Shown here one piece after another: positions 53,601 through 64,000 of a stretch of DNA of 64,000 nucleotides (its first letter is position 1; each line of letters starts with the position of its first letter). The notes beneath the pieces were generated by a model. The model was not told where the DNA came from, made no database searches, and saw only the letters and a program-made list of their open reading frames with translations. The translations under genes were made by a program, and so were the position numbers. Origin of the DNA: Tubiluchus corallicola (taxonomy: Eukaryota; Animalia; Priapulida); contig JAQGDQ010000162.1 in the NCBI GenBank assembly GCA_030141605.1, forward strand, positions 62,001 to 126,000. The letters are read 5' to 3'.

Positions 53601-55605
53601 TGATGAAACATGTAGTGATTCTTTGCTGCGTTATCTTGTGTTCACCATGGTGACATTATCAATTGCTGTTTAACGAGTTATTTTTATCAGGCGATTTAGA
53701 GAAACATGCGGATAAGAAACAAAAAGATCAAACGAGAAATGAAAACACGATAATACTTAGTTTCGTAATAAAACATAGTACGCAATAAAACGTAATAATA
53801 TGTAACACTAAAACAATTGAATTTTTCACTTCTTTACGCTTGACGTAATAATCTGTCTAGTTAATTATCATGGACAAATATGTCACCTGTACCTGTGTTT
53901 TCATTCTTTATTAAACAAATTTTCGGTTTTGCTAGGAATGAATATTGAGATGTATGACATGTCACAAGAGTTGAGCTCCAACTGGATTGCAGGCATGCCG
54001 AAGTTACACAACCCCAGAGGTGCCTTTGTTCAAGAGTTACCTCCACAAGCTGCCATCAGACATACTTCATCACAGTCTGGTAGGTGACTTACATATGCAC
54101 ATGTACTTTTATATGTCACAGTATATAATTTATAATGTCCAGCTACATACATTGGTGATAAAATTAGGCAAAATTATATATGTAAATATTACCGCAATTT
54201 GGTTTATTTTGGAAAATGCCAAACATGATGAGTATTCATTACGTGCTTCATCTATGTACGTAATTTTTTAACTTATTAATTTATTAATTAGTTTTATCTA
54301 CCAGCGCTCATTTATCTTTTATCAGTTGCTGTGTGTAACTAACTGGATGCTTTTATGTCCAAAATAAATAAAATGAATTGAATTGACGTGTGCGCGTGAA
54401 GATGATGATCAACGTTTATTTCACAAACTTATACAAATAAGCCTGTATAATCGAGGCCTCTACTTGGAATGAGATGATTACCGTAATATCATATGATATG
54501 ATGGGATGGGATGAGATGGATGGATGGACGGATGGCTGAGTGGGTGTTTGGGTGGGCAGGGTTTGGATGGATACAATACAATTATATATATTATATGAAA
54601 TAGGTGAATAACTGTATGACACACCTGCTTAAGCAAACTTAAATCTCTTTCTCTTCGTGTAACGTGATCTAAGATCTAAGATTCGACATTTAATACAGAG
54701 AGTTAAAAGTTTTAAGCAGTTCTTGACGATTATTCAAATTAGAACAAACAAAAAATGACTTGTTCATACCTTTTTGAAATTTGTAGTGTCTGTCTATCTG
54801 TCTGTCAGTTATTTGTTTCTGGTTATCTTTTCTTATCTATCTGCTTACTTTTTGGCAATTATTTTTTTCCTTAGATATAAATGAAAGACAGAACTCCATT
54901 GACTCGCAGCTGAGTAGGCTGGCTCAGCGAACGCGGAAGCGGAAGAAACGCAAGTTACGTGGTCGCAGTCAGGTGTCACCTTGGCCAGTGCAAACAGCTT
55001 TTGTAGCTAACCAACGACACGGCAGCGACTCCACCTTGGGTAGCCATGCTTCTGCACATATTCCAAATCTGCTTCTGGACAGTCGTGGATCAACTCGTAT
55101 TCCGTCAGCTTCGCAGGATCATCCTGTGTCTTCTAGTCGTCGTACAGGATCTGACAAACTCAAACAAGAGAACGGGTTCCTCTTCAACAGGAGATATGAT
55201 CCTAACCTTTTGCCACAGAACCCAATATTTTCAATATCAGGAAATGTTCCTCCGCGGCGCAGGTGGAGTGGGTCTTTTTCCATGAATGACGTCATGACGT
55301 CGACGGTTGCAGCAGGTGGCAATCCACATCCGACAATGGATGACATCATACTGGCGTACCATTCCGGATATAGTTCTGGCCTCAACAGCCGCCGGTCAAG
55401 TTTTGACGGTCCAAAGTTGATGATGATGAGACTTCCGGGGCAGCTGTCAGACTCTGAGGTGGAGAGGCCCCCTCATTTGGCCCAGCAAAGTCTGAACATG
55501 CCGATTTTTAAGCGTGAAGTGGGTAGATCGTCGAAAGCAGAGAGTCGTGTTGAACACGAGAAAATCGTATGTCATTACACGTTACATGATTCCTCCTCTA
55601 GCTGA
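41700..55605 (+). CDS. SMO: Smoothened (Frizzled-class 7TM Hedgehog transducer), 848 aa, 12 coding exons
   Basis: Exons: 41700-42137, 42605-42814, 44169-44341, 45901-46012, 47747-47854, 49011-49134, 49656-49748, 50211-50319, 51093-51257, 51896-52035, 53936-54079, 54875-55605. All GT-AG, phases consistent, 2547 nt. Signal peptide, CRD (PKCWGIVQPFICSVFMPKC), EGCGLQCDNPLY, KYPAVIIFYIN, IVCRRDGT, VDGDSLSGVCF, GAGILMSSWVWT, STHDDPVGMN. Confidence 0.95.
42108..42320 (+). repeat. 42-bp tandem repeat spanning the SMO exon 1 / intron 1 junction
   Basis: Unit approximately aagtgtgagaattatccatctaagtgtgaggtaagttttctt; GAG|GTAA donors at 42138, 42180, 42222 and 42264; fifth unit degenerate. Confidence 0.93.
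43035..43806. mobile_element. pogo/Tigger-like MITE in SMO intron 2
   Basis: TIRs CAGTAAGTCCCTGCTTAACGAC and reverse complement CAGCAAGTCCTCACATAACGAC; TA on the left flank. Confidence 0.7.
43945..44000 (+). mobile_element. 5S rRNA-derived fragment (SINE3-like or 5S pseudogene)
   Basis: AAAGTTAAGCT-N13-TTACGA-N2-AGGATGGGTGA reproduces the 5S internal control region GAAGCTAAGCA-N13-TTAGTA-N2-TGGATGGGAGACC. Confidence 0.55.
45331..45870 (+). mobile_element. T2/Kolobok-type MITE copy in SMO intron 3
   Basis: TTAA followed by AGGAAAGGACAAGTCACTTAGCATGTT; colinear with 15244-15762; right end eroded. Confidence 0.8.
47057..47693. mobile_element. hAT-like MITE with CAGG termini in SMO intron 4
   Basis: CAGGCTTTCATGGGGTTTGCAACT versus reverse complement CAGGGTTTCACAGGACCACAACT; internal GCGAA/TTCGC-rich subrepeats; no clear TSD. 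Confidence 0.65.
50755..50815 (+). mobile_element. 5S rRNA-derived fragment (SINE3-like or 5S pseudogene)
   Basis: GAAGCTAAGCA-N13-TTAGTA-N2-TGGATTGGTAACC: box A, intermediate region and box C at exact 5S spacing. Confidence 0.65.
52285..52410 (-). mobile_element. tRNA-derived SINE fragment
   Basis: Minus strand: GTCTAGTGG (A-box-like) ... GGAGGTCGTGAGTTCAATAC (B-box-like), then GGTCATACCAAAGACATTAAAAATGGT, a body motif resembling those of invertebrate tRNA-SINEs. Confidence 0.6.
53250..53510 (-). pseudogene. Degenerate C2H2 zinc-finger array fragment in SMO intron 10
   Basis: Minus-strand reading MCRKA*FTYSNLHYHMKRHHTKIATGKPYNCEFYSKEYSAQQGLVHHK*LNTGKKPFKCNVCKN, with TGEKP-like linkers, in-frame stops and lost Cys/His residues. 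Confidence 0.7.
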
Positions 55606-56166
55606 TGCTACAGAACATGATGAGAACTTAGTTTAACAGAAAAGTCATAATATTTGGAGTTTTGTGTTGATACAATAATATAATTTTTGTAACGGTAGTT
55701 GTATGTTAGTTGAATAGTGATGAAGATCTATTAGCATTACACATGACAACACCAATATGAATGAATATTTACTTGAAAATGTAACATGTGTAGGTTAAGT
55801 ACATTACTTGAGGTGGAAGCTATAAAAATTGAATGATCATCTGATAAAGTCTTCTGCTGTGCATTGATATGGCGGCTATAAGCTATAGCAGCTGTGTTCG
55901 GCCATTTTGCTCGAACAGTCATTATGGCCAACCTGTGCTGAGCGAAAAATGTGTGTTAGAAAACTTACCTAAATAGTTTCCACATTTCCGTTCATTGGCC
56001 ACTTCTTAGTAATTTATTTACTATTGAATGACTCTTCAAAATGACATTCAGGCACGGATTTTGAAGTACTTCAACTGCGCTCATAAGAAAGGGAATTCAT
56101 AAATTAGTTCAAGCCTTGTACTATGTGTGCTAATTTAAATAGCTGTATGTCTGATACCTTGACTAA

Positions 56167-56328
56167 AGTTTACAATTCCCCAAACACAAGAAATTAGTTT
56201 TTGAAGCAGATTAGAATTACGATTAGTATTAGGGTTAGGGTTAGAATTTGTGTTAGGGATAGGGTTCGTGTTGGATTAGGAATAGGATTAAGGTTAGGGT
56301 ATTTAAACTGTTTGAGGAATTGTAAACT
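56167..56328. mobile_element. Small MITE-like element with 20-bp TIRs enclosing degenerate TTAGGG repeats
   Basis: AGTTTACAATTCCCCAAACA versus reverse complement AGTTTACAATTCCTCAAACA (19/20 match); ttagggttagggttag...ggttagggt inside. Confidence 0.7.
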
Positions 56329-57431
56329 CCTTCCAGTAGTTTAATAGTGATGTTGCTGATATTTGCTTATTAAACACGAAAAATACTGAAACAACAAACA
56401 TTGTGAAATAATTTTGTTGTCATTGATCTCTGTCATTTGCACATACTGTCGTGTTAAGCGCTGCAATTATTAAATAATTGCTATTCTCATTTGTCTGTTA
56501 GTGAATTTGAATGTTATTATTGAGATTAATCACAGAATGGTGCTAATTTCTCAAAAAGAAATATAAGAAAAACTTTTTGTAGACAGCCTACTTACTGCTA
56601 TTGTGGCTAATGAGATTACAACCAGTTCATTTGTAGGGCTAATTACTCTATGGTATTGTAAGTTTTTAGTTTTTCAAAGTTTTACTGGTTTGAAATTGCC
56701 TCTGTTTCTGTGCAAAGTATGTTATATTAAAGTTTTTATTGATTACAAATTTTTTTCAAGTAAATAACTGAGAGGCCAATCTATATTCTCTATATGCAAT
56801 TATTACAATCATGTATTTAAACTTTCTAGAATTTTTTATACACTGATCTATAATATTTTTTACAAGTACATGTAAATGTATTTATGAGTAGTAGTTATTT
56901 TTATTGCTATATGTTAATTATGGTTGTGAATATTGCAACGTAGTATAGTGTATATTCTGTTACAAAATACTCATTCTTGCCTTTGTGCCATATTTTATAA
57001 GTCGCATACATTGTTTTATTGTAGTTGCCACACGTTATGTTTATTGTTTTTATACTACTGCTTTTAGTTATACATACAATAAATTATTCAGCAGAAAAAG
57101 TGTGTCACTGCTAAACCTCTGAATTTGATCATGGATGATCAGTATATTTCATTTTTTATATTCATTTATGCAATGATATCTATAGTGTTCTTGATGAGCT
57201 GAGATGTTAGCCTCACATGAACTTATAGTTTGACATGAAGCATGACTCTGATGTAAGAGTTTGTGTCTTCTGAGAATTTTAATAGACACCAAGTCACGTC
57301 ACTATTAACTCTAACTCTTAAATGATGAGATTTCAATGCTTTTAAGCCTTTATTGAGAGCCTGAGACACATGAAATCCTTCACAAACTTCAAGCATTCTC
57401 ATGAATCATTGTTTCAAATCAGGAAAGTTGT

Positions 57432-57720
57432 CAGGGCCAGATTACCCTATAGGCCAGTATAGGCTGAAGTCTAGGGCGCAAAAACTGCGGGGGGGGGGGG
57501 CTGCTCAAAGATTATAAAAACAATAATATAATCTTTTGAAAAATGAGTATAAATATTTTTCGTATTTTACATTGCTGAATAGTCATTTAGCTTAAAATTT
57601 CAACTTTAAAAATGGAGGCCTGGGAGTCTAAAAACCTAAATTTTAAAAACGCGGACCCTATTGGGAGGGCCCTGTAATTTCATTAATCTAGGGAGACTAA
57701 AAGGTCATAATCTGGCTTTG
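57432..57720. mobile_element. hAT-family MITE with intact 8-bp TSD
   Basis: TSD AAAGTTGT at 57424-57431 and 57721-57728; TIRs CAGGGCCAGATTA and reverse complement CAAAGCCAGATTA. Confidence 0.88.
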
Positions 57721-58269
57721 AAAGTTGTGGTTTTACTGCTTCAGCTACTTTCTATTGATTTTACCTGATCAGCCTTAACTGTATTTACAGGTTCTGATTA
57801 TCACAACCAATCCGATTGGCTTGCTTAATACGTTAACAAATTTGTTCTATTATCATTCTGAAAGTTATGTGCTTATTGCAAATACGTGTGATTCTTGTTT
57901 TCTGACTTCAAATTGGTTCAAGGGTATCACTTTCTGTGAAGGTTGATAACCTTCAGTTATTATGGCCCTGCCAATTACTGGCAACATTGCTGCACTGTTT
58001 TCATTAAAATATAATAAATTATTATTGAAGATTGTTGTTGCTCAGTGCTCGCTGTTCAGGACCACGCATTTGTCGCTAGTCGTTTGCCAGTATGCAATGC
58101 ATTAACATTAACTGCCTATTGGCCTAGTCGCCACAAATTCACAGGGTGACCAATGTAAAAAGAAGTGTGATTATCGTAGTGTAGCAGTTGATATCGGATA
58201 AATTAGCATATCAAATTTTCAAACTAACACAATATAAAGGGGTTTTTCCAAAAAAAAGCCAGAAAAAAG

Positions 58270-58920
58270 AAATCCTCAAGTAAACCAGTCAAAACAGAAG
58301 TATATATTATTGCAAGAAAGTGCAAGTACGTGGGCACTTTTCTAAGCACCGAAGATGACTAAAAGCAATAAGCAATACATGCTTTTCTTCAGCACAAGAA
58401 TGCATTAACTATCAAGAAATTAAGTCTTAACATAAGACTTCGACTATTTAATGTTTACGTTACCACATATGTACAATAGCGAAACTTGGGGTTTAAAGAT
58501 TACTGAAGAAAAGCAGATTGACACATTTCATAGAAGTCTTCTTAGAAAAGTTATAAATATAAGGTTGCCATATATAATCAAAAATGAATATATATAAACA
58601 CTAGAACAAAAGAAATTTATTGGCGTTCAACAAAAGCCAAAATCGGAAGATTAATAGGGCTAGGACATCTTCCAAGATTACCAAATGAAGCACCAGTAAG
58701 AATCGCATTAAAGAAAACTTTAAAACCTTGCAAAAAACCACCTGGTAAACCTAAAACAACTTGGACAGCTAAGACAAACAAAGATGTTCAACAACTTCAA
58801 CCAAATCTATCTTTAGGAGTAGAAGAACTTACGCTGTTAACTGCAGGTAGAAGTGGGTGAAATGCTCTGATAAATCTATGCCTACAACAGGTGGACTGAC
58901 GTTTTGAAGAAGAAGATGAA
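58270..58920 (+). mobile_element. RTE-like LINE 3' fragment with (GAA)n tail
   Basis: Broken frames KCKYVGTFL..., NSETWGLKITEEKQIDTFHRSLLRKVINIRLPYIIKNE, RLIGLGHLPRLPNEAPVRIAL and PGKPKTTW; tail gaagaagaagatgaa at 58906-58920. Confidence 0.8.
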
Positions 58921-58972
58921 TAATGTAGCGCTAAGACGAGCTGATTTGTGCACTGCTGTATCACTGTATAAC

Positions 58973-61900
58973 ATGGCAGAAAATGCAGCGGAAAGCGTTA
59001 CACATGTTCAAGTGAGATTTTTTACGAAGCACGAGAAGTAAGAATCGTCACAACATTTTTCTGTTTTTGCTATATGGCATTTTCTCAAGAATTGTAAATC
59101 CCAAATGCTCGAAAGAATTGTAAATAATTGCCATGTAGGCGTATAGAAATAATTAAATAGAATTAGAAACATTACAGTAAATCATAATTCATTAATTGCA
59201 TTTGACACATTGTATTGGTATATAGTAGACGCCGCGTAATAGATTCACTTAGGGATGGAACTGTTTTGACCCAATTAACCGAGTGAATCTACTAGCTGAC
59301 GGGTGTAATATTACTGGTATAGAAGTATAGATCTTCAGTCTTTGAACAGCTTAGTAATAGTATGCAGTGTAGGGCACCGAGTAACCCACTAGACGAAGTA
59401 GGACACTTCCGGCAAAACGCCGGTGCTAAATTTGCGGAAAATGAGCAGCCCAAGTAGGACACTAGCGATTTCTGTCGAGAATCGATATTTATGACATACT
59501 ATTACTAAAACGTAAATATAACAATGATGGATAGTCCTTGACAATTTACAAATGTATTTTTTACAGCAATATCATCATTATTATTAGCTCCATTTTTAAT
59601 ATCATAATAACATTAAACTAAGTATCCAATGCTTTAAAGAGAGAAATTATGTGGGGCACATAATTCGCTAACCCGTTCACTTATTTGTCCACAATTATTT
59701 GTCCAAGAGGGAGTGAAAAGGATCACCTGTCTGTGAAGCAAGACAAAGTAAAAAATGATGTACCTTAAACAATTGTTGGAATCACCTAAAAAGTGCGCTT
59801 ATTTCACTTCAAAGATTATTAGTATTGGCAAATATTAATTCTTCTAGCTCAGAATAAAATTCTTTTATTTTATCAGATGTATAATAAATTATTCAATGTA
59901 TATTGACATTTTTAATTATTATTATTCGATAAACAAGGATGACGGATGGTGCCAGTACGCTTAAAGACTCAATTCGCGACCTGTTTCTAGTTTCCTACTT
60001 GGGCTAGCCCATGTACGCCAATTGTCCTACTCCGGCTAGTGGTTTACTCTGCGCCCAATATGCAGTGTAAAACTAAAAGTGCAAAGACTGAGAGTTTTAA
60101 ATGTTAGGTTTTTCGCTTATGCTTTATTTTTCAAAATTAACTTTACGTTCTTAGTTACTCTATGACATTTGTGCTTATAAACTCACAAAGAATACTGGCA
60201 GGTTACTGCCGATAAATTGATTGTGTAACAAAAACAATTAACTGTTAAATGTTCTCCGAAAATCTCCAAGTGCTTCAAAAGGAACCCACTAGGCTTGTGA
60301 TTAAAAATTTAGATTCCATAGATCCCTGGGCAACGAAGTTAATTACAGCTGATGAGTGGGTGACAGATTCGAAGCAAAAATGCTAAGATAGTGTATTTAG
60401 CGCTTGATGGAAAAACCTGCTAATGAAAACGTTACTACACATAATTGTTTCAACCTATAATATAGTGCACAAATGCAAAGTAAAAAAGACAGGAAACTAG
60501 CAACAGCTCCCTAATCACACAGAAATAACCTTATTTTAAAAAAGTACATGACTCATTGTATTGAGTCAATCATGCACAGTTATTTGAATCAATTGCTGAA
60601 GTTTATATATATTTAAATAGGAGCAAAACCCTTTTGAGTCAGTTAAGTGACTGATTCTATTAACCGAGAGTCTAATAACACCCACTGTACTACACTCTAG
60701 TTTTATTTTGAGTATTACTGTTTAAAAATGACTTGGTTTTCACTGGAAGAGTTTACTAAACTTGTGGATTTTTGCAATTTTTCGTTTTACAGGTTTGCAG
60801 TCCAAGATGTTCCATATTCTATTCCTGTCAATGTTGGCATTTCAGAACTCAGTGAACTGCTTAACAAAATACTTGATGGAGGTATTTTCATTTAAACTTT
60901 TCAGCAATATCACAGAAATTGCCCGTGATTTATGTTGCGACTTTTTCTTTCTTCAGACAATGCTGCTTTTGTCTTATGAGAGTGCATATAGTTTATAATT
61001 GTATTTTTAGATATTTTCATTTGAATAGTTGATTTGTAGCTATTCCATATTTTCCACTAGTGATCAAATATAGTTAGCACATCATGAAATAGTAATAAAT
61101 AATTATACATATTTTTATTCACATATGTAAGGCATTTGTAAGGTAGGATACTAATCTCCTCATCCGATTTTTAGGTTCTAATTTTAATCTAACTATTGTC
61201 ATGTAATGGTACTCGCCATTTCAGACAGAAGAGACTGGGTGACCACTGAGTTTGACTTTCTTCATGATGGGGAATTTCTCAGAACCAGCATAGAGGAATA
61301 TTTACAATCAAGATCGTTGAGCACAGTAAGCTTTTCAATTTTTTTAGCATGTTGACCCACATTCAACATTTGCCTTGAATCCTGTGTGCAATAACTGTTT
61401 AAAGCTGAATCTGTGGAACATTTAAGATCAATTGATATCAACGTTTATTTTATTTCCTACTGGTTAGTACTAGTGTTTTAACTTTTTTATATGTATGACT
61501 GCTGCGGGTAAGTATATGAACGTGCCAAGGAATTATAAAATTCCTGGCAGGTTTGCGATAAAAAATATTACCCGTGCAATTAGACGGAAACAGCAGTGTT
61601 TTTATTGTACGTGATCTTTGATTTTTATGAGCATTTTGAAGTATGTCTCACTTTGAAGCTATTTTTAGATTTTGCTGCTTACTAGGGTTACCAACTAATG
61701 TCCTATCCTACTTTCTGCCCTTCTGACATCTGATCAAGTAAAGCTCTTTTCTATCAAGTATTGCTTCAGCATGAAATCATATAAGCAATTGCATAGTTAT
61801 TCTCACAAGTGCTTTATATAAAGCTAGAATTAACATAGATAATTATCTTCAATAGAGTAGTTGTCATTATATTGCACTGTTTTATAACCTGTCTGTGTCT

Positions 61901-62992
61901 TTTTATAGGAAGATGTTTTACTTCTAGAATACGTTGAGAAATACCCAGCCCCAGATCCCAGGAATAGCTTGAGCCATGATGACTGGGTGTGTGCTGTCAA
62001 GACAATTCCCGGCTTGTAAGTATTTCTGTGTGTGATTTTTGAATTGGTTGTAGATTGATGGTATTGCAAAATAAAAAAAACCTGCCTGAAGAAATTAGGT
62101 AAAGGGTTAAGAGTAACATTCGCAGGCTTAGTAGGTCTAAGACATAATAATAAGTCTTTTCACAAGATCCTGTTAGTAAATCACTCTATGCAAAGACGAA
62201 TGCATAATTAAGTAAATTCCTCGTAAAATAACTGAAGTTACTGAACTGATGTGGCAGATGGCTTTGCTTTACCCACGTGTCACGTGATGGTTGTACTTAA
62301 GACACGTTGCTGTAGTGCATTTAACCTTTGACCTACAGCAGCTGCGCGTGCGCACAACGAAACTGTAAAAAGGCTTATTGCTGAATGTTGATTAAACAAT
62401 GATGGATTACACCAGAGAAAAGAACCCTTGGCTGGTTTGGAAAAAGAACTGATCTAACTGCCATCTTATTCTATTCTCTACATTAATAGAAGCCTGATCA
62501 GTTTTTTTATACAGTTTGACACTCTGTAAACAAGCACCATTGCTCAACAGCAGAGTCTTTTTATTATGTTGATGGTTGTAGTTGGACCAGAACCTAGCTA
62601 ATTATTAACAATAATCTTTTAAGTTGAGTTACTGAAATGTTTGCGGTATCCTATATACCTCCATTGTGCAGAAGTCACCCATTCGTTTATTGACCATGTA
62701 GAGCATTGTATAACTTTGCAGCAACCAAACTTGCCGTGTGACCACTCAACCATTTTTCTTAGAAAAAGTGAAGTGTTTAAAAAAGTTAATGTTCCTTTGT
62801 TATATGATGCATGTTTTCAAAGTTCACTGATGTCTTCTCCAGATTCACTGCTCCTGTAACATTGTTCTCTTTTTAGTTTGTTGACTGGTTGCTATGACAA
62901 CACAGTACAGCTGTGGACACTGCATGGAGAACACTTACTGACCATTCCCGGTCACCTAGGACCTGTCAAAGATGTAAGCTGGATAAGTTACG
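58973..62992 (+). CDS. WDR12: Ribosome biogenesis protein WDR12/Ytm1 (PeBoW complex), first 5 exons; gene continues beyond the window
   Basis: Exons 58973-59037, 60793-60881, 61225-61325, 61909-62015, 62877-62992, all GT-AG with consistent phases. NLE/UBL domain [45 protein letters not shown], then [21 protein letters not shown] and [13 protein letters not shown]. Confidence 0.93.
59370..60058 (+). mobile_element. Full-length TAGGG-terminal MITE in WDR12 intron 1 with 9-bp flanking direct repeat
   Basis: TIRs TAGGGCACCGAGTAACCCACTAGACGAAGTAGGACA and reverse complement TTGGGCGCAGAGTAAACCACTAGCCGGAGTAGGACA; TATGCAGTG at 59361-59369 and 60059-60067. Confidence 0.88.
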
Positions 62993-63224
62993 GTAATTTG
63001 AAAATTGAAATTTTACTAGGTTTGTTAGGATAGGGTCGCCACATTTACTAAATTTGTTAAATGTTTACATTGGCCTTACTAAATGAAACAATTCCGTTTA
63101 CACTCTATACATATATAATTATTATACGTGTACTTGTCGGCAGGAGTATGATCTACCATCTCGTCCAAGAAATTTTTCGCCTGTCACTGTTTAGAATGAC
63201 TTGATGCTGACAATATTTTTATAG

Positions 63225-64000
63225 CTATTAGTAATTGTTTCTAATGCTTATTAGGCTTATTAGCAATGGTTTCTGGTGGTTATTAGTAATTGTTTGTGAC
63301 GGTTATTAGTAAAGGTTTGTGACGGTTATTAGTAATGGTTTGTGACTGTTATTAGTAATGGTTTGTGACGATTATTAGTAATGGTTTGTGATGGTTATCA
63401 GAAATGGTTTCTGATAGTTATTAGTAAAGCTTTCTGATGGTTATTAGTAATGGTTTGTGACGATTATTAGTAATGGTTTGTGACTGTTATTAGTAATGGT
63501 TTGTGACGATTATTAGTAATGGTTTGTGACTGTTATTAGTAATGGTTTGTGACGGTTATTAGTAATGGTTTGTGACGGTTATTAGTAAAGTTTTCTGACG
63601 GTTATTAGTAATGGTTTCTGATGGTTATTAGTAATGGTTTCTGATGGTTATTAGTAATGATTTCTGATGGTTATTGAGTAATGGTTTCTGATGGTTATTA
63701 GTAATGATTTCTGATGGTTATTAGTAATTGTTTGTGATGGTTATTAGTAAAGCTTTCTGATGGTTATTAGTAATGGTTTCTGATGGTTATTAGTAATGGT
63801 TTCTGATGGTTATTAGTAAAGGTTTCTGATGGTTATTAGTAATGGTTTCTGATGGTTGTTAGTAAAGGTTTATGATGGTTATTAGTAATGGTTTCTGATG
63901 GTTATTAGTAATGATTTCTGATGGTTATTAGTAATGGTTTGTGACGATTATTAGTAATGGTTTTCGATGGTTATTAGTAAAAGTTTCTGATGGTTATTAG
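63225..64000. repeat. 23-bp minisatellite (GGTTATTAGTAATGGTTTCTGAT)n in WDR12 intron 5, runs off the window
   Basis: More than 30 tandem units with period 23 (e.g. ggttatt at 63301 and 63324). Confidence 0.97.

Noticed and set aside
57188-57260. TGATGA...CTGA as a box C/D snoRNA
   Set aside because: No recognisable rRNA/snRNA guide, weak terminal stem, not intronic; such motifs arise by chance in AT-rich DNA.
60345-60380. CTGATGAG...CGAAG as a hammerhead ribozyme
   Set aside because: Stem II does not pair, the core is GAAG, and stems I and III are absent.
42108-64000. Short-period repeats (42-bp and 23-bp arrays) as CRISPR arrays
   Set aside because: Units are directly tandem with no unique spacers, there are no cas genes, and the context is eukaryotic introns.

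Overview
This is AT-rich eukaryotic (invertebrate animal) genomic DNA with GT-AG spliceosomal introns. No prokaryotic genes or CRISPR arrays were found. The first 9 kb holds the probable last exon of an unidentified gene and three same-strand intron-poor genes: SNU13/15.5K, a DHHC palmitoyltransferase, and AMPK alpha with a single intron. Next come a 13-exon plastin/fimbrin gene on the minus strand (635 aa), a divergently oriented 12-exon Smoothened gene (848 aa), and the first 5 exons of WDR12/Ytm1. I assembled all exon chains by hand, and their splice phases are consistent. Introns and intergenic DNA carry many decayed elements: TTAA/AGG (T2/Kolobok-type), hAT-like, pogo/Tigger-like and foldback MITEs; L2-, Rex1- and RTE-like LINE 3' ends; tRNA- and 5S-derived SINE-like pieces; micro- and minisatellites; and a 676-bp tandem duplication. 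The most interesting signals are a 42-bp tandem array that multiplies the SMO exon-1 splice donor, an altered SMO PKI-like motif and sterol-site residues, the intron-poor gene trio, 5S-derived fragments with exact promoter spacing, a hammerhead-like motif in a plastin intron, and a LINE tail abutting the WDR12 start codon. I cannot demonstrate a wholly new biological system from the sequence alone.
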